Virus record (IMG/VR): IMGVR_UViG_3300027754_002682
Source: an uncultured virus (IMG/VR IMGVR_UViG_3300027754_002682)
Lineage: Duplodnaviria > Heunggongvirae > Uroviricota > Caudoviricetes
Strand: one strand, 5' to 3'
Length of the DNA stretch: 64,000 bases
Every line of letters begins with the position of its first letter. The stretch's first letter is position 1. A model generated the notes under the pieces. The model searched no databases. It was given only the letters and a program-made list of their open reading frames with translations, and was not told the origin of the DNA. The position numbers and the translations under genes were made by a program. Below are positions 29,540-39,745 of the stretch, one piece after another.

Positions 29540-32500
29540 TACCTATTCTTTTTTAATTCTTCAATTTGTTTTTGTTGTTCTTTTATCGCTTCAATTAATA
29601 GTGGAATTATTTTTTCATATCTAACTCCTTTATAACCACCATCTCTTTGAATAACGATTTCCGGCATAACTTCTTCAACTTCTTGTGCTATTACACCATA
29701 GTCTAATCCTTTATTTGAATGATAAACTTCAAATCCATCTTTCCAAACAAAAGAGTTACCTGTTAATTTTTTTATTTTTTCAATTGGATTATCAATTGGT
29801 ATAATATTATCTTTCCATCTTTTGTCCGATGAAGTATTAGCAGTAACATCTCCTGTACAAGTTAAACCACCACCTATACTTACAAAGTCCGCATTATTTG
29901 CTCTTGGAATGGAAATATATCTATCCGTATTAAAAACAACCTGGAAACCCCCAGCAATCATTTCCGTTTTAGATACAGGAACAGATGTGGCTATACTACT
30001 TAGGTATGGTGTATATGCAATTACCGAAAATACTGCAGGTTCTAAATTTATATTATTAGTAGTTAATGTTGCAGATGCGAATATGTTTGTAATAAATGGA
30101 GTGATTGTATATGTCCCCTGCTGTAAAGTAAGTGTAGTTGAAATTAAAGCCGATGGGGTTATTGTTAATAGGTATGGATTTAAATGTTGTGTACTATATG
30201 AATTTGTTTTATCCTCATAGGCATATGTTACACTTGAATCCGGTGCAGTTAATTTAAATCCAACTCTGCAGTTAATTTCTTGATAATTTACATAAAAAGT
30301 AGTGGGCCCATCGTCACCACCAACTTCAAAAGACATTACGGTCGGTGCACCCAATTGAGCTGCAAATGTACAAGATTTTCCTATTAATGCATTACCCGGC
30401 GCAACAGTTAATGTGGATGTAGTTGAGTGAGTATAAATTGTAGTATCAGTACCATATTCAACTTTATAACCATATCTATTGTCATAAGTTACTCCATTAA
30501 GTACAGTAGTTCTTGCAGAAATATTAGCAGTTGATGGTGTGAGTGACCCTGCAGATTTATCCGATAATGTAGTCGCAGTACTAATATCAACAACTATTTG
30601 CCCAGCTGTATCATAAATTTCCATTGCAGGCCTTACCGAATTTAATTTTAATCTATCAGTTCCTAATGTAGTTGAATTAATTCCCCATCCGGCAATACTT
30701 CCCGCAGTAGTTGCAGTTATATTGGTTGCAATGATATTACCTTTAATTGCCAATGCATCGGTTGCAGAGTTCCAAGTTAAATAACCATTTGTACCATCCA
30801 AATAAAAATTACCATTATTTGCCATATATGTTTTCCATGCACCACCACTATAATACCCCATATTTGTAGAACCTAAAAATAAACCAGTTGTATTTGTAGT
30901 TGGTGTTTTTACAATTTTACCCGTTGAGTCGGTAAAAATAGACGCGGTATTTGCATTTATAAGTGCAAACGCAGCTGCACTCACTGCTGTATTTGCAGTT
31001 CCTTGTGCAGCAGCTGCTGATGCCGTTGCAGCATTTGCAGTTCCTTGTGCATTTGACCCTGATAAAGCAGCATCCGATATTTTTGTTGCAGCATCACCAC
31101 CTGATATGTTGATATTACCGGTAACCGACAATGTAGTTCCATCCCAAGTCAATTTATCTTTTAGTGAGAATTTACCAGTATTATCTACATAAAATCCCGT
31201 ATTAGAATTACCATGAGTACCAGTTCCTATGTATATTTTTGTAGATGCAATCGTAACTCCTCCAATACTACCTCCTGTTATTGCATCTCCATTACTAAAA
31301 GAACCAACTGCTCCTCCGTTGTTTGCAGTTGATGGATTTGTAATTGTTATAGTACCATTTACCGATAAGTTTGAACCATCGTAAGATAATTTATTTCCTA
31401 ATGAAAATTTACCTGTACTATCTAAATAAACATTTGTATTTGAATTATTAAATGCACCAGAATATTCATTAAATACAGTATCAGATGGGTTTACTATTCC
31501 ACCTATAAATATTTTTCTAGGATTTTGTCTTGCATCTAAATAAATTGATGGGGTAGTTCCTACTTTAAATAATGAACTAATATATCCAAGTTGTCCACCT
31601 ATTACAGGAGAAAAAACAGTTGTACCATCTATAAATGTTCCATTATATCCCAAAGTACCATTTGCTAATTGTTGCACTTTTGCAAATGAAGATGACAAAG
31701 TAGTGGCTATACTTGCACTCAACGAACCACTTAATACTCCAATAGTTCCACTCACCGAACCACTTAATACTCCAATAGTTCCACTCACAGAACCACTTAA
31801 TACTCCAATAGTTCCACTCACCGATGAACTTACACTACCAATAGTTCCACTAACTGATGAACTTAATGTCGTAATACTACCACTAACACTACCACTCAAT
31901 GTATTAACTGAACCACTTGTAACAACAATTGTTCCACTAATAGAAGATGATACTCTATTTAAATCTGCTAATGATTGAGAAGTTGAAGAACTAATTAATA
32001 AAATAGTTCCACCAATATTGGTATTGCCTCCATTGAATGTAGCACTTTGTGTAACTGCTACTGGAACAAAATTATTATTTACATCATAAAATTCAAATTT
32101 AAAATTAAATGTTTCATTACCTAATACCGTCGGCATTGTAGTAACAAACGAAACCTCATCAGGAGAAAATGCAGTATCTTGTGATAATTTTAAACTAATA
32201 TTACCAACATGCCAATCTCCCTGTGATTGTGAAAAATATAAACTTGCAGATGGATAATTTCTATCTATTTTAAATGGAACAACTGTATCTAATAAATTTT
32301 TTGTAGGTTGTGTCCCTATCAATGTTGTAATACTACTTGATACAATTGTTGGTGTTATTCCATCACCAGATGTTGTAACTTGACTTAAATATATTCCTAA
32401 ATTACTTGAAGTAGATGATGAATAAAATGCATCTAAATTTAATTCGTAAGTATTTGCACTTTTTATATCCAAAGAAGATGTATATCTAAAATACCCACTA

Positions 32501-33378
32501 CCTGTTAATCTAACACCACTTTCAACTCTACTGGATGTAAGAAATGCATTCAACGAACCAGTATTCCAATAATTTTTAAGTGTTTCCGATGTTAGTATAC
32601 CTGTTTCTCCTATAACACTTCCTGACAACCCATATGATGTTAATAATTCTTTTGATTCAATTAATATATCTTGTATTAAATCATAATCAGAAATATCACC
32701 TTGAGACGTTCTAAATACTTTTACTCGTTTAACATCCCCCGCAAATGTTTCTAATTTTGATAATTTTATATTTGCAAAGGATTGAGTAACCGCAGATGCA
32801 ACTTTATTATCTCCAACAATTGAATATATGGGACTTAATATTTCGGTGATAGTAGCTGTGGGTCTTTGGTAAAATCTAATCTTTGTAGTATTAGCTAATC
32901 CAGGATTTACATTTATAGTCTTTGTCCACTTAACATTATATTTATTTTCCCAATCTAAACCAACCGGTACTACTATTCCATTTGCATCGGTATATTCACT
33001 TAATTCACCTAATATTGTAAGAGTACACGGCCCAAACGCCGTATCCGGATAAACATAGACTGCAACAACTTTAGAAACACCTTCAAAATATTCCGTAATG
33101 ATTGGTGTATTTGTAGAACCACTTATATTGGTATTAATGATACCTTCACCTGGTTCGTTATAAATTATATTACCACTTGCATCTCTTAATTCTATTTGTA
33201 TTTTTGTATCCGGTACTAATTCTTTTGAACCCGCAATTAAAAACGCGTTCTTGCCACCTGTAAATGTATCAGGCAATTCTGTTATTTTAAAATATTTACT
33301 ATTAGGTTCCGTATCATTTACTAATACGGCATATCTGTCTAAGTTTTTAGCAAATAAAGTTTTTTGTATAACTGCCAT
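29539..33378 (-). CDS. Tail fibre protein with C-terminal intramolecular chaperone (peptidase S74)
   Basis: SDKRWKDNI...GVIAQEVEEVMPE...IEAIKEQ; repeated FSL..KL.WDG..L.V.G modules. Confidence 0.9.
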   Translation of the reverse strand: MAVIQKTLFAKNLDRYAVLVNDTEPNSKYFKITELPDTFTGGKNAFLIAGSKELVPDTKIQIELRDASGNIIYNEPGEGIINTNISGSTNTPIITEYFEGVSKVVAVYVYPDTAFGPCTLTILGELSEYTDANGIVVPVGLDWENKYNVKWTKTINVNPGLANTTKIRFYQRPTATITEILSPIYSIVGDNKVASAVTQSFANIKLSKLETFAGDVKRVKVFRTSQGDISDYDLIQDILIESKELLTSYGLSGSVIGETGILTSETLKNYWNTGSLNAFLTSSRVESGVRLTGSGYFRYTSSLDIKSANTYELNLDAFYSSSTSSNLGIYLSQVTTSGDGITPTIVSSSITTLIGTQPTKNLLDTVVPFKIDRNYPSASLYFSQSQGDWHVGNISLKLSQDTAFSPDEVSFVTTMPTVLGNETFNFKFEFYDVNNNFVPVAVTQSATFNGGNTNIGGTILLISSSTSQSLADLNRVSSSISGTIVVTSGSVNTLSGSVSGSITTLSSSVSGTIGSVSSSVSGTIGVLSGSVSGTIGVLSGSVSGTIGVLSGSLSASIATTLSSSFAKVQQLANGTLGYNGTFIDGTTVFSPVIGGQLGYISSLFKVGTTPSIYLDARQNPRKIFIGGIVNPSDTVFNEYSGAFNNSNTNVYLDSTGKFSLGNKLSYDGSNLSVNGTITITNPSTANNGGAVGSFSNGDAITGGSIGGVTIASTKIYIGTGTHGNSNTGFYVDNTGKFSLKDKLTWDGTTLSVTGNINISGGDAATKISDAALSGSNAQGTANAATASAAAAQGTANTAVSAAAFALINANTASIFTDSTGKIVKTPTTNTTGLFLGSTNMGYYSGGAWKTYMANNGNFYLDGTNGYLTWNSATDALAIKGNIIATNITATTAGSIAGWGINSTTLGTDRLKLNSVRPAMEIYDTAGQIVVDISTATTLSDKSAGSLTPSTANISARTTVLNGVTYDNRYGYKVEYGTDTTIYTHSTTSTLTVAPGNALIGKSCTFAAQLGAPTVMSFEVGGDDGPTTFYVNYQEINCRVGFKLTAPDSSVTYAYEDKTNSYSTQHLNPYLLTITPSALISTTLTLQQGTYTITPFITNIFASATLTTNNINLEPAVFSVIAYTPYLSSIATSVPVSKTEMIAGGFQVVFNTDRYISIPRANNADFVSIGGGLTCTGDVTANTSSDKRWKDNIIPIDNPIEKIKKLTGNSFVWKDGFEVYHSNKGLDYGVIAQEVEEVMPEIVIQRDGGYKGVRYEKIIPLLIEAIKEQQKQIEELKKNR
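31724..31950 (-). repeat. 33-bp (11-aa SVSGTIGVLSG) tandem repeats in fibre gene
   Basis: gaaccacttaatactccaatagttccactcac x3 near-perfect, then degenerate copies. Confidence 0.92.
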
Positions 33379-33391
33379 TTAATCTTTTTAA

Positions 33392-33472
33392 ATAAATATC
33401 TCTAAAAAAAGAATTATGTCATATTTATCTAAAGAAAACTAATATACATTATATAATACTAAAGAAAACTAA
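33392..33472. promoter_or_regulatory. Divergent promoter region with 14-bp direct repeats CTAAAGAAAACTAA
   Basis: ATATTTAT on minus (33392-33399) and plus (33421-33428); exact repeats at 33429-33442 and 33459-33472. Confidence 0.65.
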
Positions 33473-33479
33473 ATAAGTT

Positions 33480-33665
33480 ATGAAATACGCAATGTTACAA
33501 ATCAAAAAAGAAACCCATGAACTTCTCAAAGGGTATTGTGAAGAACACGGGTTTAAAATGGGTAGCCTAGTTGAAAATCTAATCAAGAAACACGTCGGTG
33601 TCTCAAAACCACAATCTAGTGTGTTGAAGGCTGATAAGGTCGTTCTTAGAAATCAATCTTACTAA
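33480..33665 (+). CDS. Small ribbon-helix-helix-like DNA-binding protein
   Basis: beta-strand AMLQI then helices KETHELLKGYCEEHG-FKMGSLVENLI; only credible plus-strand gene. Confidence 0.7.
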   Translation: MKYAMLQIKKETHELLKGYCEEHGFKMGSLVENLIKKHVGVSKPQSSVLKADKVVLRNQSY

Positions 33666-36600
33666 ACCCATTTACTTTTTTTATTTCTATCAATCCATCT
33701 ACGATATCTCTCATTTGTTCTAAGTGAGAAATAACCCAAATGAAATCAAATTGAGTTTTAAGATATTGCATCATCATAAATAAAGATGATAAGTTATCTG
33801 CGTCTAATGTTCCAAATCCTTCGTCTACTACTAAGAAATTCGGACGAGGTAAGTTACATACATTAATAAGTGCAACTCTAATAGCAAGTCCACTCACAAA
33901 CTTCTCCATTCCACTACACATCTCCAATGGCCATTCCTGGTCTTCGTAAACTATTTTTGCATTAATTGATTTACCATCCATTTCCATTGTAACACCAAAG
34001 TCTACAACTTGTGCAAGAATATTGTTTACCTCATTCTCAATAACAGGTAATGCTTTTGAAATTAATTCATATGGAATACCATCTCTCTTTACAGCATCTA
34101 AATAATAGGTGTATAATCGGTTCTTTTCCTCTAAGTCCTTAACCTCATTCATCTTTTGTTTGATACTGTCTATATAAGTCTGTAATGATGATATAGAACC
34201 ATTTGTAGTTGCTACTTCTTTAGTAATATCTTTAATGTCCGACTCAAATCTTTTCTTTGCAATTTCTAAGTCTTTAATTTGTTTTTCTAACTCTTTATTA
34301 CTTTGAATAGTGTCCTCATTCTCATAATACTTTTCAATATCATCCTCTACATTGTCTAATTGGGTTTCTAATAATTCTTCTTTTGTAATAAAACTATCAA
34401 ATTGTAATACATAGTTTTTATGACTAGCTTTACCTTTTTCTAATTTAGTATTCAAATCATTATACTCATCCCATTGTTTTTCAATATCACCAAAGTTTGT
34501 AATTTGTTGAATTAAAGCATCGTAGGCAATATTTAGGGTTTCCATTTCATTACCTTGCTTTATCAAATCCTCTTTTGCTTTCATTGCATCCTTTACGAAC
34601 ACATTATCACAACAAAACTTACAATTGGGGTCGTACTCATGACTATCCAAATGTGAAATCTTCTTTTGATTAGACTCAATTGATTGTTCTAATAATGCAA
34701 TATAATGTCCTGTATTTTTCTTTGAATTAATTGCAATATCATATTGTTTTATAGAGTCTTCAATTGGAGTATCACCAATCATTTTCTTTTCGTTGATACT
34801 TTGTAATATTTCAACCATCGTTTCAGTAATCGTAGAAATCTCTTTGGCTTTATCTTGCATATTATTTTTATTTGCATCAATATCACCTTGTACTTTTGCC
34901 TTGCGTTCATTCAAATCATCAATATTCAAATTACCATCAATGGGAGTAAGGTTTCTACTTAAATCTAATATAACACTATCTAAACCATCTTTGTCAGCAT
35001 TCAATCTAGCCAATTCTTTATCCAATTCCTTTAGCTCACCTTTTTTATCTTTTAAGTCATTTGCTTTATCTGCAAGTTCGGTAGTAAAGTCGTTTCTCTT
35101 AAAGTTTTTAATCAATACCGAAACTTCTTTAATATCTTCAATTGCCGTATCGTATAATTTGTCAAAAACATTCAATCCCATAAATTGAGCAAGTAAGTCT
35201 TTTCTCTCACTTTGTGATTTGTCAATGAATATAGAATTATTACCTTGTAACGATAAAGCGGTCAATACGAAATCTTCATACTTACCAACATATTGTTCAA
35301 TTACGGCATTTGTGTCTCTCCTTTCAGTTCCGTTCAAAGAAGTTTTATCATCACCATCTTGTCTATAAAACTGAACATCAACTTTAACATTTTTTCCTTT
35401 GTTTATAGTTTTTGCAGTTCTTTCAATATGATAATCTATACCTTCAATTTGAAAATGTAAATGACAACTAAAATCTTGCTTTCTATTGTTTAAGATATTT
35501 TGTGCTTTGAATGCTCTACTACTCTTATCATAAAGACAGAATGAAATTGCGTCAAATATAGATGACTTACCTTGTGCATTTGGTGCAAACAATCCCATCA
35601 ATCCGTTTAACTTACTAAAATCAATCTTATTGTCCTCACCATAACTAAACATATTAGAAAACTCAAATCTAATCGGTTTCCAATAAATGTTTCTTAAAGT
35701 TTCCTCATGTGTAATTCTACTATTGACATCTCTATTTATCTTTTCTAATTCACCTAAATCTTTTGCATCAACAAACGGCATCATTCTTTCCACATACTCA
35801 TTTATTAGAGAGTTTTGGTAGTTTATATCTGCAATGTTTTCAAAGTCTAATTTATTACCTCTATCTCCTGTTTTCTTTTTTGCTAGGGAGTCTGTTCTAA
35901 TAATTGTAAAGTCATCAACACCATATTTCATTTTGATTTCTGCAATTACCTTTTTAGTGTCCGCAGTATCGGTGTTTGACAATCTTACTCTTAAACGAGG
36001 ATGTTTTGGCATATCGTTTACAACTGGAACCTTACCATTGTCAATATCCATAGTATAATAACCATAGTCATTTTGAATGTCAATTTCCTCATAGGTCATT
36101 GTGTCTAAATCCCATGCTAAAAATCCATGTCTATCCAATGTCTCACCAAAGTTTTGTTGTAATAGAGAACCTGCGTAAACTACCTTACAACCTTTCGGAC
36201 TTATCATTTCTTGACGCTTATGAATATCACCCAATAAGGCTAAATCAAAACCATCAAATATATCCGTTGTAAAATGTCTACTACTTACAACATATCCAAT
36301 ATCAGTTTGTGAATTATCAACAGGTCCGTGGAATAAAGCAATCTTTTTATTACCAAACATTTTGTCAGCACTAATCCAATTGTTTTTGTTATCTAAAATT
36401 GAAAATACTGAAAAATCAATACCACCAATAGAAAATACCTGTGTATCTCTTAAATAATAAAAGTCTTTTAATTCTAATGCATCAACCAATGGAGTAAGAA
36501 CATCCATTCTATCCATATTGTTCATATTACAATCGTGATTTCCGGTAATAAGAATTGTAGGACAAGTTTTAGCACACTCTTTGAATAACCAACTTATTTC

Positions 36601-36795
36601 GTTGACTAATTCTGGTGACATTTCTAATTTAGCGTGGGCAATATCACCTGCTAAATATATAATTGCATCTTCGGTTCCTCTTTTACGGATTTCCTCAAAC
36701 ATTTTTTCAAATACTTGTCTATATTCTTTGTGTCTTTTTACATTACGGATGTGTACATCGGCAATGTGGTAAATTGTTTTTAATTTACTACTCAT
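33646..36795 (-). CDS. Fused SbcD/Mre11 nuclease - SbcC/Rad50 ATPase (gp47-gp46-like)
   Basis: ADVH, GD, GNHD, LGDIH; Walker A PNAQGKSS; hook CKFC; signature CSGMEK; Walker B VVDEGFGTLD; ISH. Confidence 0.93.
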   Translation of the reverse strand: MSSKLKTIYHIADVHIRNVKRHKEYRQVFEKMFEEIRKRGTEDAIIYLAGDIAHAKLEMSPELVNEISWLFKECAKTCPTILITGNHDCNMNNMDRMDVLTPLVDALELKDFYYLRDTQVFSIGGIDFSVFSILDNKNNWISADKMFGNKKIALFHGPVDNSQTDIGYVVSSRHFTTDIFDGFDLALLGDIHKRQEMISPKGCKVVYAGSLLQQNFGETLDRHGFLAWDLDTMTYEEIDIQNDYGYYTMDIDNGKVPVVNDMPKHPRLRVRLSNTDTADTKKVIAEIKMKYGVDDFTIIRTDSLAKKKTGDRGNKLDFENIADINYQNSLINEYVERMMPFVDAKDLGELEKINRDVNSRITHEETLRNIYWKPIRFEFSNMFSYGEDNKIDFSKLNGLMGLFAPNAQGKSSIFDAISFCLYDKSSRAFKAQNILNNRKQDFSCHLHFQIEGIDYHIERTAKTINKGKNVKVDVQFYRQDGDDKTSLNGTERRDTNAVIEQYVGKYEDFVLTALSLQGNNSIFIDKSQSERKDLLAQFMGLNVFDKLYDTAIEDIKEVSVLIKNFKRNDFTTELADKANDLKDKKGELKELDKELARLNADKDGLDSVILDLSRNLTPIDGNLNIDDLNERKAKVQGDIDANKNNMQDKAKEISTITETMVEILQSINEKKMIGDTPIEDSIKQYDIAINSKKNTGHYIALLEQSIESNQKKISHLDSHEYDPNCKFCCDNVFVKDAMKAKEDLIKQGNEMETLNIAYDALIQQITNFGDIEKQWDEYNDLNTKLEKGKASHKNYVLQFDSFITKEELLETQLDNVEDDIEKYYENEDTIQSNKELEKQIKDLEIAKKRFESDIKDITKEVATTNGSISSLQTYIDSIKQKMNEVKDLEEKNRLYTYYLDAVKRDGIPYELISKALPVIENEVNNILAQVVDFGVTMEMDGKSINAKIVYEDQEWPLEMCSGMEKFVSGLAIRVALINVCNLPRPNFLVVDEGFGTLDADNLSSLFMMMQYLKTQFDFIWVISHLEQMRDIVDGLIEIKKVNGFSKIDF

Positions 36796-37733
36796 AGTGA
36801 GTTTATTTTGTTTAATAATAATTCTTCGGGAGAAAACTCTTTGGTTTTCTTTAATTCCTCATAGAATTTTTCATACCCCATATCGGCGGCATCTTTGTCT
36901 TTAAGATACATCATTTTTACATGAATACCTTGTTTTCTAAAATATTCGGCAGCTTTAAGTGCCTCATTAATTGCATCGTTATCCAATGAAATAATAATAT
37001 CGGTAATTCCACTCATAAAGATTTTTTCAACCAATATTCTTGATGGAAATTTACCTAATAATGGAATTGCATTTCTTTTAATTGTGATTGCGTCAAATAC
37101 ACCCTCACATAGTATAATCGGTTCGTTCCAATTTACTTGGGAGTCAAAACATATTACATTTTTACTGATTGGAGGATTTTTGTATTTCATTTTATTCTCT
37201 GGATAATACGAACGAGAAACAAAGTAATTTAATGTGCCATCGGAATTGTATGATGGTATAATTACTCTTTGTCCATACAATCCTTCTTTACAATATCCTA
37301 TGTTATATTTGATTATATCTTTAATACCTATTCCTCTTTGAGTAAGGTAATGTATTGCGTGTTTATATTCTGGATTAAACCCCTTTGGAACCTCACTAAG
37401 ACTAATAAATTCTTTTGGTAGGGAAATGAACACCTTTGTATCGGCATCCTCTAAAAGTGGGTTATAATTGCTATCTCCGTATATCTCTCTAATGACCGAA
37501 ATAACCTTTCTATCAACATCTAACTTTTTTAATAATGATGTCAATTTCTTACCACCACTATTGCAAGTCCAACAATGCCATTTTTGGGTTTCCGTATTAA
37601 CTTGTAGTTTTTGTTTGTGATGATTGCAGAAAGGACAGTAAAATGCCAACTCATTTCCTTTCAGATTGAGATAACTACCTAAAATACCAGTAAGGGTAGA
37701 TACGACTATATTCTTATCATTTTGCTTCAACAC
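36792..37733 (-). CDS. DNA primase (Zn finger + TOPRIM)
   Basis: CPFC...HCWTC, KYKNP, LCEGVFDA, LDND, KDAAD. Confidence 0.92.
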   Translation of the reverse strand: MLKQNDKNIVVSTLTGILGSYLNLKGNELAFYCPFCNHHKQKLQVNTETQKWHCWTCNSGGKKLTSLLKKLDVDRKVISVIREIYGDSNYNPLLEDADTKVFISLPKEFISLSEVPKGFNPEYKHAIHYLTQRGIGIKDIIKYNIGYCKEGLYGQRVIIPSYNSDGTLNYFVSRSYYPENKMKYKNPPISKNVICFDSQVNWNEPIILCEGVFDAITIKRNAIPLLGKFPSRILVEKIFMSGITDIIISLDNDAINEALKAAEYFRKQGIHVKMMYLKDKDAADMGYEKFYEELKKTKEFSPEELLLNKINSL

Positions 37734-37737
37734 AACT

Positions 37738-37769
37738 TAAATATACGACAAATATTTGATATTACCAAA
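37738..37769 (-). promoter_or_regulatory. Putative promoter TTTG-N20-TATATTTA
   Basis: Motif family match; 4 nt before GTG start 37733. Confidence 0.7.
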
Positions 37770-37773
37770 TATT

Positions 37774-38199
37774 TTAAGGTCTATTTTCCTCTAAAAACCA
37801 CTCATTTGGGATGATTTTGTCCGAATATTTATATCCGTTCTTTTCACACCAATCCCCATAGGTCGTTTTGGACTTTTTGGTGATTTTGTTCTTTGAATTG
37901 GAAAATACGAACCTAATGTCCATATTTGGGTTTTGTTCTTTAACCAATAAGTGTTTCTTACGGTCAGCTGCCACAAACCTACCTTTTGTCTCTATTCTAA
38001 TACCATTGGGTAGTTTGAAATCAGGATGATAGTGGTGAGTGGATGCAGGAATTATGTATGGAACTTTTTCAGTTTCATACTCTACTTTAATTCCATAAGA
38101 TTCTATTTGTTGAGAGATGGTTTCTTCTAAACCAGACTTAAATCCATATTTTTGTGCAACCCATTTTGGATTGTTCTTTTTTGTAACTTTTTTAGCCAT
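37774..38199 (-). CDS. T7 endonuclease I-like Holliday junction resolvase
   Basis: SGLEE, YHPDFKLPNGI, IETKGRF, DRKKHLL, DIRFVFSNS, TYGDWCEKNG. Confidence 0.92.
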   Translation of the reverse strand: MAKKVTKKNNPKWVAQKYGFKSGLEETISQQIESYGIKVEYETEKVPYIIPASTHHYHPDFKLPNGIRIETKGRFVAADRKKHLLVKEQNPNMDIRFVFSNSKNKITKKSKTTYGDWCEKNGYKYSDKIIPNEWFLEENRP

Positions 38200-38208
38200 T
38201 AAATTGTT

Positions 38209-38418
38209 TTATTTTGGCTTCGAATCTGAATACTTTTTTTCACTTAAATCACCTAATCTACCTGTTTTGAATTTTGCTGCAGTTAAAACTTGTTCGTCTG
38301 CTTTCTTTAAATCATTTGTAGTATATGGAGTTTTTGCATTTACCCCAGCTTCAAATCCTAATTTATCAACACCTAATGCTGATTGTTGTGCTTTGTATGT
38401 ATCTAAAATTGTTGCCAT
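38209..38418 (-). CDS. Hypothetical small protein
   Basis: 69-aa ORF preceded by ATATTTAT (38437-38444). Confidence 0.7.
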   Translation of the reverse strand: MATILDTYKAQQSALGVDKLGFEAGVNAKTPYTTNDLKKADEQVLTAAKFKTGRLGDLSEKKYSDSKPK

Positions 38419-38448
38419 TGTTAATTATTTTTGTATATAAATATAAGA

Positions 38449-39672
38449 TTATGTATCAAATCGTATAATAAAGTTTACAGGAATATCTGGTTCGGATTTA
38501 ATTGCTTGAGGAAGTTTTGCAACTGCAACTAAATCACAATTATCATCGTATAATCCAATTGTGGTTATAAATGGTGTTAAGAATGAACCCGTACTATCTA
38601 CCGAACCACTCAAATCATAATGTTCAAAGCCAGCAAATGAAGCTGAATTAGAACCACTATAAGAACCCGTAAATCTATAATCTAATATATTACCATTTTC
38701 TAATGTAGATTTTTTACGAATATATTTGACACCAGGGTTAGTTGCAACTTTATATATTTTATTATCACTACCTGTTATAAATTCGGTTACCTTTCCAATC
38801 TCAACAACAGCTGATGGGTTTTGTGATACATTAAATTCATCTTCATTAACAATCAATAAATACTCATGTTCATATATTGTTTGTGTAGACTTATAATCCA
38901 ATATCCATTGATTTTGTAATTTTATTGCAGAATCCCTCGTTAATACTATTAATCCCTGATTATAAAATATATTACCAATTTTAATACCTTGTGATTCTTG
39001 TGGTAAAAATGGAATATCTTCAGCTATTGCAATTCCTGTATTAATATCTAAACTAATTAATTGTATGGGGGGTTGCGAAACTCCATTGTAAATTAAATCT
39101 AATGTTCCAGATTGTATATCAAATGCACCTACATATGTATCTAATGATGCACTATAAACATTTTCTGAAAAATCAATAAAATTAAATATTTTATTTTCAA
39201 CATCAATTTTAGAAATATAAATACCATCTCTATAATCTTGTAAATTACCAAATGAATCATCGGTGTATTGAATTTCCGATGTTAAGTTTTTATTATCTAA
39301 TAAAATAACTGAACCCCTTTTAATTCCCTCACCAACATATATTTGTGGTATAGAAATTACTTTAGCTGTTTCATTTAAATATCTTTCTTTTGATAAAGGT
39401 GCTTTATTATATACATTTGTTTTTTCACCTAATCTTGTAAATGGATTATCTTCATTTCCATTATAGAATTGAGCTCTTAATTGCCCGTATATAGAATTTT
39501 TAGGATATTCAGAACCAAGTAAACTACCTGTTGTAATTAAATTTAAATCCGTTGAATTATTATCCGCCTCTAATAGTATAATTGAACCGGAATCACTATT
39601 GGTAAAACTCCATTCTTTATATGCCTTAAATGGCCTTATATTAATATCCGACTTTGGTATTCTTTTTAACAT
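38449..39672 (-). CDS. Virion structural protein (baseplate/fibre attachment-like)
   Basis: C-terminal ITTIGLYDD..DLVAVAK...FD shared with 39746 ORF; baseplate context. Confidence 0.65.
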   Translation of the reverse strand: MLKRIPKSDINIRPFKAYKEWSFTNSDSGSIILLEADNNSTDLNLITTGSLLGSEYPKNSIYGQLRAQFYNGNEDNPFTRLGEKTNVYNKAPLSKERYLNETAKVISIPQIYVGEGIKRGSVILLDNKNLTSEIQYTDDSFGNLQDYRDGIYISKIDVENKIFNFIDFSENVYSASLDTYVGAFDIQSGTLDLIYNGVSQPPIQLISLDINTGIAIAEDIPFLPQESQGIKIGNIFYNQGLIVLTRDSAIKLQNQWILDYKSTQTIYEHEYLLIVNEDEFNVSQNPSAVVEIGKVTEFITGSDNKIYKVATNPGVKYIRKKSTLENGNILDYRFTGSYSGSNSASFAGFEHYDLSGSVDSTGSFLTPFITTIGLYDDNCDLVAVAKLPQAIKSEPDIPVNFIIRFDT

Positions 39673-39690
39673 ATCACTTATAAATATCTC

Positions 39691-39730
39691 AAAACTAAAA
39701 ACCCACCAAATTAAGGTGGGTCATAGTTTT
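39691..39730 (-). terminator. Hairpin, probable intrinsic terminator
   Basis: ACCCACC-aaattaa-GGTGGGT stem flanked by AAAACTA/TAGTTTT; U-tract on minus strand. Confidence 0.7.
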
Positions 39731-39745
39731 TATTTTATTCTCCGA

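Noticed and set aside
28861..29624. Alternative-frame poly-Gln/Leu, poly-Val and Cys/Ser ORFs; CRISPR-like periodicity
   Set aside because: By-products of the Thr/Ala/Pro codon repeats; no unique spacers and no cas genes
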